DNA of 64,000 nucleotides from Okamejei kenojei (Eukaryota): the NCBI GenBank assembly GCA_035221665.1, contig CM069144.1, forward strand, positions 56,110,001 through 56,174,000. The letters run 5' to 3'. Numbering within the stretch: position 1 is the first letter of the stretch; each line of letters opens with the position of its first letter. The notes below the pieces were generated by a model. The model worked only from the letters and a program-made list of their open reading frames with translations, was not told where the DNA came from and made no database searches. Positions 1 to 12,609 of this stretch are shown piece by piece. The translations under genes were made by a program, and so were the position numbers.

Positions 1-260
1 AAACGTCACCTATTCCCCAGAGATGCTGCCTGACCCGCTGAGTTACTCCACCATTTTGTGTCTTTCTTCAGTAAACCATTATCAGCAGTTCCTTCCTTCA
101 CCTATCATTTGCTAGCACTTGCCTCACCCCTTGGCTTCATCTCTTCTGAACAGCTATCTCCCATTTACTCCATCAATCTGACCCAAAAGGTCGACTTTCA
201 ATCTCCCTCCACAGATGCTGCCTGACCAGCTGAGTTTCTGGAGCAGTTTGTTTTTTGCCC
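1..260 (+). mobile_element. Two Penelope-derived pLTR-like short repeat fragments
   Basis: AAACGTCACCTATTCC...AGATGCTGCCTGACCCGCTGAGTTACTCCA...TTTTGTGTCT at 1-65; more decayed second copy at ~180-260. Same unit as the 3' end of the GIY-YIG element at 28.9 kb. Confidence 0.7.
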
Positions 261-954
261 CTCATCCACCATGGCCCGAGCTAAATTTCTACCTAGATTT
301 TTCACAAATTTATAACTAAAGAGAATTCCCTCTTGATACTGAAATCCATCCCCATCTCCTATCACTGTCGCCTCCTGTTCCTCACTCCCTGCTTCATAGC
401 ACTGCCACTCCTTGCCAAAGAAGTTGCATCATCATCCGTGTAACCCACCCTCTGCGCTTACATTTGTGATCAGGACAACAGCAAGATGCCTTCTCAACAA
501 CTTGATAGAAGAACCCGGTGGAGCTATGCAGAGTCGAAACCAGGATGTTTTACCAGGGTAGTCAATAAAAAAAAAAAAATCACATTTATCAATTAAAATA
601 AAAAGAATGGAAAATAATTGAGATCAGCAGGGAGGGGTTAAAAGGTATCCAAAGTTTATAACACGGAGGTGTGCACCTCTGAACATATGAAGGCAAATTT
701 TCAGTACTGCTGCAGCTACTTGGGAATAAGTATTACTTGTTGCACCATTTTATAACAATCATTGACATTTATGTTCAAGCTTTAGCAATTTCTGATGTGC
801 CTGGTGGATTATCCAAAGGATAGGAACATTAACTTCATGACATTTGTAGAGTTAACGAATCATGGCGATACAATCCAGAAACATCCCTATGATCCTCTGA
901 GTCAATGCCAATCCTCAATCAGCCATTTACGCTAATCCTAATTTGATCCTTTTT

Positions 955-1380
955 TTAAATTCTCCCCACACTCACATCAACTTCCCCCCGTTTCAATCAT
1001 TTACCCACACAGTAAAGCTTGTTTACCATTGTCAATTAGTCTACCGACCCACATGTTAATGGGATGTGGGATAAAACCAGAGCACATGGAGTCAATCCAT
1101 GGGATCACAGGGAGAATGTGCAAACTCCACAAAGTCAGCACCCAAGGGCACGATGAAACTCCAGATTCTAACATGGTAAGGCAGTGGCTCCACGAGCTGC
1201 AACAATGTGCTGTCCTTATCCTACTAATGCTCACATCTTTGGGAAGTGGGAAGAAACCAGAGCACCCGGAGCAATCCCAGCTGGTCACATGAAAACATGC
1301 AACACCGGAGGACAGGATTAAATTTGAGTATCTTGTGTTGTGCTGCAGTGACTCTTCTAGCTGCATCAGTGTGCTGCCCT
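955..1380 (-). mobile_element. Decayed/composite HE1-like V-SINE
   Basis: Two reverse-strand GGGA(T/A)..GGGA..AAACCAGAGCAC...CACAGGGAGAA..TGCAAACTCCAC blocks matching the SINE body seen elsewhere in the window. Confidence 0.65.
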
Positions 1381-1404
1381 TGATTCATTTTTTCACGATG
1401 TGAC

Positions 1405-1800
1405 CTTTACAGGTAACGTCTGCTTTTGTTGTCCATCCCAGGTTTTTCATGTGCAGGTGATGGTGAAACAGCTTCCTGAGCTGCTGTACTCCATCTGACT
1501 GGGTCAGGCGTTGCAGCTTGTGAAGCTTGCAACAATGAAAGAAGGGCAGTTGATTTCTAAGTCATGATGGTGCATGGCTTGTGGAGGATGGAAGTTGCGT
1601 TCCCCTATCCTTGCTGCCTGGTCCATATTGGCAGTAGACTTGGAAGGTGTTACTGGGGGAACCTAAGAAATTTACTACAGTGAATTTTCTAATGGATTAA
1701 CACTGAAGCCACATCGTGTGCTGACGGAGGGAATGATGTTTCAGGAGGTGAATGCGGTGCTAATCATTCAAACTATCACCACCTCGCTGAGTTTCTAGTG
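1405..1800 (-). mobile_element. Old LINE 3' region remnant (family uncertain)
   Basis: TTTTGTTGTCCATCCCA...GTGATGGTGA...GCAACAATGAAAGAAGGGCAG...TTGGAAGGTG resembles a common elasmobranch repeat; heavily decayed, no ORF. Confidence 0.4.
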
Positions 1801-1867
1801 TGTTATAATTACTTGAATACCATGAGTCTCAGTGAGATACTAGCAAAACCTGTATGGATCAGATCAA

Positions 1868-1961
1868 GGGTACACAAAAGGCTGGAGAAACTCAGCGGGT
1901 GCAGCAGCATCTAAGGAGCGAAGGAGATAGGCGACGTTTCGGGTCGAGACCCTTCTTCAGA
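1868..1961 (-). mobile_element. Penelope-derived short element with intact hammerhead-like core
   Basis: Minus strand 1960-1933 reads CTGAAGA-A-GGGT-CTCG-ACCC-GAAA-C-GTC; flanked by direct repeat TCAGATCAA (1859-1867 and 1957-1965). Confidence 0.8.
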
Positions 1962-3299
1962 TCAACGTTGGAGGATGACTTGTGGTTTCCATGTTTGACT
2001 TTGTGTGAGGACATTGGAAGGTGATGTCTAATTTACTCAATATTGCTGAAGGCTAATGGTCTTAACCTAAAACATGGGCCATAATGTCACCATACTTCTT
2101 CAAATGGGGACACAGAATACCCATTTGGCAGATGTGAAGGCTTAGATTTAAGCAACATCAGATGTCTATTATGTTTGATCTAATAATTCCTTGCAAGAGC
2201 GAATCAATAATTGATGACATTGTTGCTGGTGCATTTTTCAGAAGACATTCCTCTCTCAATGTTGCGAGAAATGTTTTTGAACTCTGCCTAAGTTAGGTAT
2301 AGGAAAAGAAGAATGCACTCACATAATGCATTCATTCTGCAAGCTAACCTGAAGCTGAAGTTTGATTGACTACTTGAATCAGTAAAGCCATTGCTACATC
2401 CTGACTGGAGTTCAGTTGCCCTGGGTGCAAGCTGACATTGGTTAATATGGAGCCCATATGTACTGTATGTGACCATGAAAACGGCTTAACTCAGTTACTT
2501 TTTTTAATTCCAATATAATTAATCTCGTCAAAATTAGATTATCTATTTAATCCAAGAGATTTAGGTAGTTGGAAACAGCTTTGCGCAAATGAAATGCGAT
2601 GCCAGGGTCAAACGTATCTTTAGATTTTTCATGAACTGTTTCTCTTAAGTTACACTGTATGTATGGCCATATCAATGGCTGACATGACACATCTTTTCTT
2701 GTGATATCTAATATTTTCTTTATCTGGAAATGGTTCTGAATTTTGAGATCATTTTTCACAGCCAACGTGCTGGTTTGTGGCAATGGTAGTGGATTTCGTC
2801 AGAGGAATTTGGCATTTATAGGGTTAAGAATATTTGTCGCTGGCCTGAAAGCTTATTACACCTTTCCCAGATAACCCTAAGCAGCATCTTAATGAATCCC
2901 ATATCGCAGGATTTACAGGAAGGATTTGTTAAGATGTCAATGTGCCAGAGTCTCTGAAATGGGCCAGCTGTCTCCTAATGGTGAACAGCTTGAAGTGGTC
3001 ACTTCTATTTCCATCTTACCAGCACAGCAGTCAACAGTAGTGTTGATTAAGCAGGCCAGAGTCCAAGGCCTGTGTAAAACATAACAAAGAGAGACTTCTA
3101 CCAGGGAAAAAAATAACAAACGTCTGCTGCAGAGTAGGCTGATGCCTAAGTGAGCCCTTTTTCACTCTGCTCTCTCTCTCCACAAAGTGTAATTCTAACA
3201 AGGCTAACACATCAAACGATTCAAGGGCAACTTGTTGTGAAGTCCCTTTGCCCTCATCCTTCATCAAAAGAAATAAAAAATCCCCCAAAAAATCTTACT

Positions 3300-3960
3300 T
3301 TTGAGCAGAATCTGTGTTGTGTGGTGTTCCACAATCACAGCAAAGCAAAGAGTTCACTGATTTGATTGGCCTCCCAGCAGCAGTTCAACCTCGGGAGAAA
3401 TGGCCTTTAACTGTATTCTGATTGAAATTTGTGTGTCCCTTCAGAGACTGTTTTCCTTAAAATGTAAAATTTATTCTTTCAGCAAAAATATGTGCCGTCT
3501 CAGCATGGTTTTTGGCGGTGGAGGGGGAGGGAGGGAGGGAGGGAAGTGAGGCGGGAGGAAGAGAGAGAAAAACTCACACAGATGGATAAACACAGGGAGA
3601 AGGAGAGCGAAAGAAAGATGACGTTTCTGCTGATTTGCTTCTGTCAGAAAAGTAGAAAATGTGAAGATAAATCCAATTCAAGACAATTGGGTGAGGAGGA
3701 AGTAAAGAGCAAAAGCCCACTAAGTGCAGCTTGTTTTTTTTTCAAGCAGGGAATCCTAGTTAAATCCCAGGATTTAGTCTGGGCCCATATTGGTTCCAGC
3801 AGAGCCTGGTAAAGTTAATTAAGGGTGAGTAATGGAGCATTTTCTCTCCAATGATATCTGTGACAGAACAAAGCTGTCTGAGTCTTGTGAAGCAAAATTT
3901 GAGCTGAATGAGTATTTATGTGATCAGCTCTGAAGGGGCAGCTCACGATAGAGCAGAGAT
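3300..3960. promoter_or_regulatory. Candidate conserved non-coding/enhancer-like block
   Basis: Non-repetitive, TE-free sequence around a purine-rich spacer, with TTAATTAA and TGACAG/TGTCAG motifs. Conservation not tested. Confidence 0.25.
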
Positions 3961-4819
3961 TCATCAATCAATCCTACTGCCGATGGAACACTGGGAAATT
4001 GGTCTATCAGGAAGACTATGCTACCCTCCCCCATTTTCCTTCTATTCAATCAACCCTTAGGCTGAAATGCTTCTCTTTAACTTTGCCTCCAAACACCTTA
4101 AGGGTCAGCATAAAAAAAAGTCCCATCAAGAGCTTGAAAGCCTATAACAACACTGAGACACGATGCCTGCATCGGATATTACTCTTCATTGATAACCTCT
4201 TTAAGTGTATGCATAAACAAAGCATTAATACCTGTCATCAAATTAATATATTCTTAACAGGGGATTATACTGTAGACCCAGCTGTCTAATAAGTCCAGCA
4301 TGAAACAAATTGAAATGTGGGGTGTGGAGGTGTAGATTCTTGATTAGGGTCCCACTCTGATCAAATACAGAGCACTCAGTGTCCGATTGTATGGGAGGAG
4401 GGAACCTAACGGAAGAAAATCACTTCAGCCACTTATTCATCCTTCAGTGATCAGCTTTGAGAACATCAGCAACCAAATGTATAAATTAAATTGAATGAAA
4501 AGGAGCATTCCAGGGTGGAACTACCATTAAATAAATAAATTCATCTGGACACGTTGGAGAATCCAGTATTTGGATTTTGAATATTTAGTCCTAGAACCTG
4601 TTTTTATTTCTCTCATTGTTCCTGCAATCCGACTTTTGTTTCCAATGATTCAATTCAATTCAAAGGTACTTTATTGTCGCATGTTGCTCCGGAGAGCGGC
4701 ATGCTTTGTTTTGCATGCAGCCCGGTAAAGTCATGTAGTATTCCTCACTTACGCAGTACACAAATGTCGCCGCGTTTGGCTCTGACAAAGTCACAAAAGT
4801 TTCATAAGGTACTGTCAAG

Positions 4820-5544
4820 CAGGGGCGGAAAACACGGGGGCGCCAGAGGGGACACGTCCCCCCCCCCCCCCATGTTTTGAGAGGTGGGGGACATCCCCCC
4901 CCAAGTTTTTGTCATCCGGATTTTAAAATCTCCGCTTTCCGCGAGACAGTGGAGGTGGGACTGCTGGTCGAGGGCGCCGATTGGACGAGAGAGACGTCGG
5001 TCAGCAGGCAATGGAGGCGGGACATGATGATTCAGCGCGATGATTGGATGAGGGAGGAGTGGGGGGGGGGTTGGGACTGAGGATAGAGCGCGATGATTGG
5101 AGGAGGGAGACATGGCACAGACCTGCGCCTCATCCACAGCCAGGATCGATCCCGGCCGGGTCTCCGGCGCTGTCCCGTCCCCACCCGTGTGCCCCACCCA
5201 CGGGTGGCCAGAGAGGTCGGGAGTCAGACGAGAGCTGTACCCCCAGGCCCACAGTCAGCGCAGCGAAGCAGCGCTAAACCCAGCTTAACTCCGCCTGATT
5301 AACCTGCCTGGGCTTGCGGGAAATATGGGCAGCGCGGAGAAGCAGCGCTGGTGTCCCGTCAGTCCAGGCAGGGCTGTAGGTTAACCCGGCGAGACAGGCA
5401 GAGTTGAGCTGCATTTAGTGCTGGATCCGAAGCCTCGCGCATGTGTGTGTGAGTGAGCGCATGCGCGCGCGGCCATCAAAAAATGGTGTCCCCCCCCCCT
5501 GTCCCCCGGTCCCCTCCATGTTTTGCTAGCGAGTTGCGCTCTTG
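4820..5544. mobile_element. Non-autonomous hAT-type DNA transposon, GC/CpG-rich
   Basis: 8-bp TSD CTGTCAAG at 4812-4819 and 5545-5552; imperfect TIRs CAGGGGCG.../...CGCTCTTG; no transposase ORF. Confidence 0.8.
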
Positions 5545-6159
5545 CTGTCAAGTAAAAGCAGCAACTTTGGGATCATGGAGCATTTTTTCAGTGTGTTTCC
5601 TACCTTAAGGATGGGGTGGAATGAATGTAAATGACAGTGCATTACTGATGATCTATATTCTGCAAGAACCAAAACGTAATATATTGTGAAGGCAAAGTTC
5701 ATACACTTAAGAGGAATATACAATGTAATGTATACAGTTTAGCAGGGCCACATACCATAAATGCTGATGAAAGTGGTTATATACACATGCACAAATTATA
5801 TACTTGGGTAAATACATCCAAGATGTTTACCAAACCCTTTGTTCTACTAAACAAAATCTAGTCTGCAATCCTGGAATGAGTCAATTCTGTTTGACATTTC
5901 CTACATCCCTTATCAGATATTTGCCACAACGTTGGGACATTGATTATAATATTATCACTAAAGTATTTCAATGTTTTTTTCCCTGTGTAATTGAGGATGT
6001 GCAGACCAGGGGAAGAGTGGTTATGTGCCCCAAGAGCACAGAAAGTTGATTTGAAGATCTCCCATTGATCTTCTTTGTAAGATGTACTCACACCTGGCTG
6101 AGCTCAACCAGTGACAGGCTTGTTACTTTTCGGTATACTTAGAAGTTAGCAGGACGTAT

Positions 6160-6445
6160 TTTACTTTAGACTTTACTTTAGAGATACGGTGCGAAACAGG
6201 TCCTTCAGCCCACCGAGTCCGCACTGACCAGCGACCTGTACGCTACCCTCGAGGGACAACTTACAAATTTTACTGAAGCCAATTAACCTACAAACCTGTA
6301 CGTCTTTGGAGTGTAGGGAGGAAACCAGAGCAGCCATAGATCACAGGGAGAAGGTACAAACTCCATACAGGCAGCGCCAGGAGCAGGATCGAACCCAGGT
6401 CTTTGACACTGCAAGGCAGAAACTCGACAGCTGCACCACTGTGCC
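6160..6445 (-). mobile_element. HE1-like tRNA-derived V-SINE
   Basis: Reverse complement of the SINE from the (TTTAG/ACTTT)n tail through GGATCGAACCCAGG (B box) to the head. Confidence 0.85.
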
Positions 6446-6603
6446 AAGCTTTCTCTTCCAATTTTCACTTCTTCCTCTTGTTAAATTACCTCTCTCTCTG
6501 CACCACACATGCATTTCACCATGTTCCTAGATCTCTGAAAACCCATTGTTAGTTGGTAAACCACGGTGACTGGAATCCTCTTGTAATGCCTGTAGAGGCA
6601 ATA

Positions 6604-6790
6604 AAGACACAAAGTGCTGCAGTGAATCAACACGTCAGGCAGTATCTCTGGACAACATGATTAGGTGATGTTTCGGGCCAGAACCCTTCTTCAGGCTGAT
6701 TTTATGGGCGGGGAAAGAAAGCTAGAAGAGGGGAGAGGAGACCAAAGCATGGCAGGTAATAGGTAAACACAGGGATGGGAGGATTCTTTG
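6604..6790 (-). mobile_element. Penelope-derived pLTR fragment with hammerhead-like core
   Basis: Minus strand 6694-6667: CTGAAGA-A-GGGT-TCTG-GCCC-GAAA-C-ATC. Confidence 0.7.
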
Positions 6791-7354
6791 AACGGTCCCT
6801 GACTAAAATCGGGAAATAGATGTGTGGACTATCATGGTGCCACACCCTGTGCCAAAGCTCTATTGTTGCCTTGCCACTTCTGCAAAAAGAGTTCAACCTT
6901 CTGCAAAAAAGTCAAAGAGCAACCCCCTGATCAATAATTTCTGTAACAAGTTATGGACAGACTCAAATTCCCCTCAAAGTATGCCTTCCGAACGATTGTG
7001 TTCCTCCGACACTTCGCGTTTTCAACAGGATTTCAGCATCTGCAGTTCCTGGTGTCTTTCCTTCTTATATAATATTAATAAAAATCATTGGAATGAAAGG
7101 GAAACATTTGGAGCCATTTGTTCACCGTGGTTATCAAATTATCGAAGGCCAGATTGCACTCAGCAAACAGCTCAGTATATATGAGATAGCAGATATTCTT
7201 AGACTCTGCATCTAAACTTGAATATACACCACAGTATCTGAGTCTGAATCCCAGAACTCCGGTATTGTGGGACTACAATCTCACCACCATCTTCTCAATT
7301 AGGCAATAAATAATGGCATGCCTCAAAAAGTAAAAGTAAATACAATAAGTAAAT

Positions 7355-7688
7355 ATATTATGAGAAGCATAGAGTAGACAGTCAAAACCTTATTCCCAGG
7401 GTGGAAATGTCCAGCACTGGAGGGCATAGGCTACAGTATAAAGTGAGAGGGGAGAAGTTTAATACATATATGTGGGGCAAGTATTTTACACTGAGTGATG
7501 AGAGTCTGAAACACATTGCCAGGGGTGTCGGTGAAGGCAGATAATGATGTTTAAGAGGCTTTTGGATAGGAACATTAAAATGCAGGGAATAGAGGGATAT
7601 GAGATTGGTTTAATTGGAATCGTGTTTGGCACAAACGTTGTGGGCCAAAGGGACAATTCCTGTGCTGTATTATTCTATGTTCTATGTT
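7355..7688 (+). mobile_element. CR1 LINE 3' fragment
   Basis: Decayed ORF2 C-terminus plus 3' end GGGCCAAAGGG...CCTGTGCTGTATTATTCTATGTTCTATG. Confidence 0.75.
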
Positions 7689-7999
7689 GACGTCAGAATA
7701 TTGGTTGATCAATTATCCCTCCATTTCTCAAACATTAGGCCTCTCACCTGTAAAATGCTACATCTGGTGCAAGTGCAATCTTGTGATCTTGACACAATTG
7801 GTTCCAGTATTTTCATCCAATAGTAACATGTTTTCAATAGGAAACACAAGAGACTGCTGATGCTGGAACCTTGGGCAAAAAACATAGTGCTGGGGGAACC
7901 TAGCAGGTCAGATAACAAACCTTTCTTCAGACATTTTTCAAAACTGATTCCTTGGATCATCTGATATAATAAGCATGTTATGGTTATCACTACTTAATT

Positions 8000-8900
8000 C
8001 TTGAGTATTTAACGCCAAAACCAGCAGATTCGGAGATGGTTTTCCCATGAGTGTGTGTCACGATCCGCATGCTGATAAGTCGTATTCTTTAACAGGGTTA
8101 ATGAATACTTCAGAATTAAAAAGCTTACATCTCATCGAGCGCAACTGAGCCCAAGATGTATGAGTGCTGCACTCATGGGTCCGGCAATTTAGTCGATGAA
8201 TTCTCCCTAATTTAACAGAGCACTCTGCACGTTCTTATCCATGATTTATTTTATTTCGTACTTACTGTCTCAACTCAAGATTTGTTATGAATAGTAAAGT
8301 TACACAAATGCCCAAATTAGCCAATTCGTTTATACGCATTTTTACCTATCGTATACTTCAGCTCTTAAGAGTATGGGCAGTAACATCAGCTAGGTCTTAA
8401 CCTATGCATTAATAAATTGACTGCTTCCTGTCTGACTGAAAGAGGCAGAGGAGTCCTGTCAAACAATTCGAAATCTAATACACTCTGGTCTTTCAGACTG
8501 CCCATTTTATGTACACACTCTTGAGGCATGAAGTTTGAGAGGCTTCCCTCTCTATAAACAATCTGATGTGAATGGTGAAATTACTTGCAGATTCATCCCT
8601 TTAAGGAAAGGCTTGAGTTGTGAAAAAGGATAAAGTTGAATGTTCAGGCTTAAACTAACGTGGATTTCTTGACAGTAAGGAATGTTTTAAACAGAGACGT
8701 TGCATGGCTATACAGATAGCAGCCGCGACAACAACACACTGCATTTACAGAATGGCTTCTCATGAAATAAACAACCAGAGGTACTTACACAGGGTGAATG
8801 TTTTAGTGTAGATATAATTCCAGGGTGATAATTCGCTCAAAATTGGTCATATGCAGTAGTGAAAATTAATACAGGCACACAATATTGAAATGTGGGGCTT
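8000..8900. promoter_or_regulatory. Candidate enhancer-like unique block
   Basis: TE-free, some CpG retained; TGATTTAT (8242-8249), GATAAG/CTTATC and CTGTCAAACAAT motifs. Conservation not tested. Confidence 0.25.
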
Positions 8901-8961
8901 GACCTTGCAATATTGAGGCAAACCAGGGTGAATTAATGCTCTCCCCCTCATATACCCCTCA

Positions 8962-9394
8962 AGAATGGAACAACTGGGCTTGTATTGACTGGAATTCAGA
9001 AGGATGAGAGGGGATCTTATAGAAACATGTAAAATTATTAAGGGATTGGACAAGCTAGATGCAGGAAACATGTTCCCGGTGTTGTGGGAGTCCAGAACCA
9101 AGGATCACAGTTTAAGAATAAGAGGTAGGCCACTTAGAACTGAGATGAGGAAAAACTTTTTCACCCAGAGAGTTGTGAATTTGTGGAATTCTCTGCCTCA
9201 GAAGGCAGTGTAGGCCGATTCACTGGATGCATTCAAAAGAGAGTTAGATAGAGCTCTTAGGGATAGCGGAATCAAGGGATATGGGGAGAAGGCAGGAATG
9301 GGGTACTGATTGTGGATAATCAGCCATGATCACATTGAATGGCGGTGCTGGTTCGAAGGGCCGAATGGCCTACTCCTGCACCTATTTTCTATGT
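8962..9394 (+). mobile_element. CR1 LINE 3' fragment (relatively young)
   Basis: ORF 9004-9213 MRGDLIETCKIIKGLDKLDAGNMF...MRKNFFTQRVVNLWNSLPQKAV is the typical CR1 ORF2 C-terminus; 3'UTR ends GGCCTACTCCTGCACCTATTTTCTATG. Confidence 0.92.
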
Positions 9395-9867
9395 AACTAT
9401 GTATACAACCAGAGGTAAGTGCAAAAACACAGGCAACATCCAGCTTGGTGTAGATGGAGCATGTAAACTGTATGTCCATCCTCTTAGATTTAGGCAATGA
9501 ATAGGTTACCCTAGGCTGTGAAGACCTCAGGGGAGCCAGCGTACAAACAGTCTTGGTCATATTTACATTTTATTCTTGCTGGCCTGAGAGACGCAGGAAT
9601 GCTAAAGACCTTTAGGGCTCTTTTTGAGGATTGGTTGGATTTCCTGTCCCGTAGCCCCAAACCTGTCCTCAGCTCAACACAGGGTGTGAGTGATTTTCCA
9701 CATTAGCCAGGATTAGGAGCTGCCACTTGACTGCAGCAGTGCACCAGAAGTCTTTACTTGAAGGCTCTATGCCTGTAATTAATTCAACACTCATAATGGT
9801 CAGCCATCAGCTTTACAACTTGTTGAGCCGCTATCAAACTGTAATTTCCTTTTGTTCATTGACCGTA

Positions 9868-10265
9868 ACACATAGAACAGTACAGCACAGGAACAGGCCC
9901 TTTGGCCCACAATGTCCGTGCCGAACATGATGTAATGACCAACTCTCAACTGCTCTCACACAATCCATATCCATCCATTCCGTGCAGATCCATTTAATTA
10001 TCCAAAACTCTCCTTCATGCCGCTAACATATCTGCCCCCACCATGACCCTAGGCAGCACGTTCCTAGCACCCACCACCCTCTATGTTTAAAAAAAACTCG
10101 CCCCGCACATCTCCTTTGAACTTTGCCCCTCTCTCCTTAAAGCTACGTTCCCTAGTATTTAATTTTTCCATTCTGGGAAAAAGGTTCTGATTGTCTACCC
10201 AATCTATGCCTCTCATAATTTTATATATTTCTATCAGGTCTACCCGCAGCCTCCGGCATTCCATG
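9868..10265 (-). mobile_element. CR1 LINE 3' fragment
   Basis: ORF 10064-10276 ECRRLRVDLIEIYKIMRGIDWVDNQNLFPR; tail CATAGAACAGTACAGCACAGG. Confidence 0.88.
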
Positions 10266-11220
10266 TTCAGTGTCAAATGACTCTTCCTTATCTCACATTC
10301 GTACCACTTAAAAGACTCAAATTACCTCCCTCCTTTTTTTTCTGCCACTCATGTTTCAAGTCTACCTTCCTTCGCCCCTCCTTTTTTCCAGCTCTTTCAG
10401 CTGTCTTCTTCCTTCGGTATTCCCTGGCTCCTCTCCTCTTGTTTTCCTGTCCGGCCTCTCGCTTCTCCCTCGCTTGTGCTCTTTACTTGCGCCCACCTCC
10501 CTCTGCTCCACCCCACAAATTCTCCCCCCCTTGACTTACAGTGCGTGTCGAGTGCCGGAATCCATCCCGGAATACACATTATTGAGGCACTCTCGCTAAG
10601 TGGAGCCCTCGGCAAGTGTGTTGACCACAAGGCTTTGGAAAGGAAATCAAGGAGCCAGCCCTGATTCTGAAATTGATTAAAAATCAGAAACATGGTTTTC
10701 TGAGGTGCAAGTTTAAAAGCAAGCGGGGGAGGGGGGCGGGTGGGGGGGGAATCCTCAAACACAGGGTTGTTTGACAACTCCTAAGTGATGTTGTTTAAAG
10801 TGAGTGAAACTTGGGCCCACAAATGCAGATATAGGGCAAGAGGTGAATTAGCATGAATGACGAATTGTCAGTGAGTGGGCTTCTGTCGTTGTGCTGCAGA
10901 GCAGAGAATCTGCCTGTTCAAATAAGCAAGCCCTTATTGGCAGTACCAGCTTCCAGAGGGCCCGCAGCCACTCTGTAGCGTCGCCTGGATGTCCCTCATC
11001 CTTGTGAATAGATTGAGCTATCCTGTTTCCTGTGGTGAGGAGCTCACACAATTGGCTGCCTGGTACTCTCCAGCACTTTTCAGCACCACTTTGGGAGCTG
11101 AGGCTTCCACTCATGCCGAGCTGACACCCAAAATCTCCACCCAAGATCTCCGTCCAAAATGTAAAAACAGTGAGAACTGCGCTGAGTTTAAAAGGGGAGA
11201 AACAAGCTGAGACAAGTATT

Positions 11221-11352
11221 GATCTGAAGAAGGGTCCCAACCTGAAACGTCACCTGTCCATGTTCCCCAGAGATGCTGCTTGACCCTCTGAGTTACTCCA
11301 GAACTGTATGTCCTTTTGTGCAAACCAGCATCTGCAGTTCCTTGTATCTACA
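11221..11352 (+). mobile_element. Penelope-derived short element with hammerhead-like core
   Basis: 11224-11251 CTGAAGA-A-GGGT-CCCA-ACCT-GAAA-C-GTC followed by AGAGATGCTGCTTGACC...CAGCATCTGCAGTTCC. Confidence 0.78.
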
Positions 11353-11431
11353 TTGATTTGAAACGTACTGTTTGGGGTTGCAACAATAAACAACATAATT
11401 AAAATGCCAAATTATGGGAGTTTTATAGGAA

Positions 11432-11741
11432 GGGGCGGCAGAGTGGAGCAGCAGTATAGCTGCTGCCTTCCAGTGCCACAGACGAGGCTTCCATCCTGAA
11501 CACTGGTGCGGCCTGTACAAAGTTTGTACGTTCTCCCTGTGACCGCACGGGTTTCCGCTGGGTGCTACGGCTTCCTCCCACACTCCGACGATGTACAGGT
11601 TTGTAGGTTAATTGGCTTTTGTAAATTGTCCCTCGTATGTGGAAAATAACTAGAGTACAGGTGATCGATCGCTGGTCGGTGCGGGCTCGGTAGGCCGAAG
11701 TGCTTGTTTCCATGCTGTATCTCTAAACTAAACTAAACTAA
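11432..11741 (+). mobile_element. HE1-like tRNA-derived V-SINE, full length
   Basis: tRNA-like head, V-domain GGCTTCCTCCCAC, CR1-like 3' end and (CTAAA)n tail. Confidence 0.9.
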
Positions 11742-12154
11742 CATCACCAGATTCATGTTCACAGAGTAAGTTGCTATTCATCACACAGGGCGGCTTGTCA
11801 AAATTTAAATTGTCTTTGATAAAATGTCTTCCTCTCCAAGAAACCTTCCCATCCACAGAGTTCGATTGTCAATGCTTTCCCAGCCTGTTATCCCTGTGCC
11901 CAGCTGGTTGGCCTATGTACTGAAATGTTTGTTCTTTATGAGACAAATCGAGGATACTTCACTACCCCAGCAGGAATGCTTCCTTAAAACAAAACTGACA
12001 GGATTGACTGATGGAAAAAGCAGAGGAACGATTTCTTTTGTGTGAATACTTTTGTGCTCTTTGTGGTGGAGCCGGAGTTTGCGAAAGGAAGAGTTTCGAC
12101 TTCAGGTACCAGATGACATCCTGACGTTTTCCCATGATAACGCTTGAATTAATT

Positions 12155-12432
12155 TGCAAGATACAGCTTGGAAACAAACCCTTCAGCCCACTGAGTCCAC
12201 ACCGACCATCAGTCACCCGTTCACACTCGTTCCACGTTATCCCACTTCCTACACACCAGGTGTAATTTATAATGGCCAAATGACCTACAAATCTGTACAT
12301 CCCTTGGATGCGGGAGGCGACCGGGGCAAGCAGAAGAAACCATCACGGTCACAGGGAGAACGTGCAAACCCCACACCGACAGCATCCGAAGTCAGGATTG
12401 AACCCAGGTTTCTGTCGGTGTGAGGTAGCAGT
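12155..12432 (-). mobile_element. HE1-like V-SINE
   Basis: AGATACAGC..GGAAACA...CACAGGGAGAACGTGCAAAC...GGATTGAACCCAGG. Confidence 0.8.
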
Positions 12433-12609
12433 TCTCCATTTTGTCCCCCGATGGGGCATAATTCCAAATAGCATGAAACTCCTGCAACTCTATTTGACTA
12501 AAGTGTCTTGCTTCCATTTCAGAAGAACATATTTTACTCTAAGAGTATCATCATAATTTTCTCCAATTTGTTTAAGGTAGCTAGAAAATCAGGCAAAAAG
12601 TCAAAGAAA

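Noticed and set aside
2776-2792. TGGCAATGGTAG resembling miR-182
   Set aside because: The match is only ~12 nt, the 3' half differs and I see no complementary arm.
4674-5302. Cluster of overlapping GC-rich ORFs
   Set aside because: They lie largely inside the hAT-type element; high GC suppresses stop codons and no transposase motif is present.
11079-11095. TTCAGCACCAC, REST/RE1 left half-site
   Set aside because: The GGACAG right half is missing.
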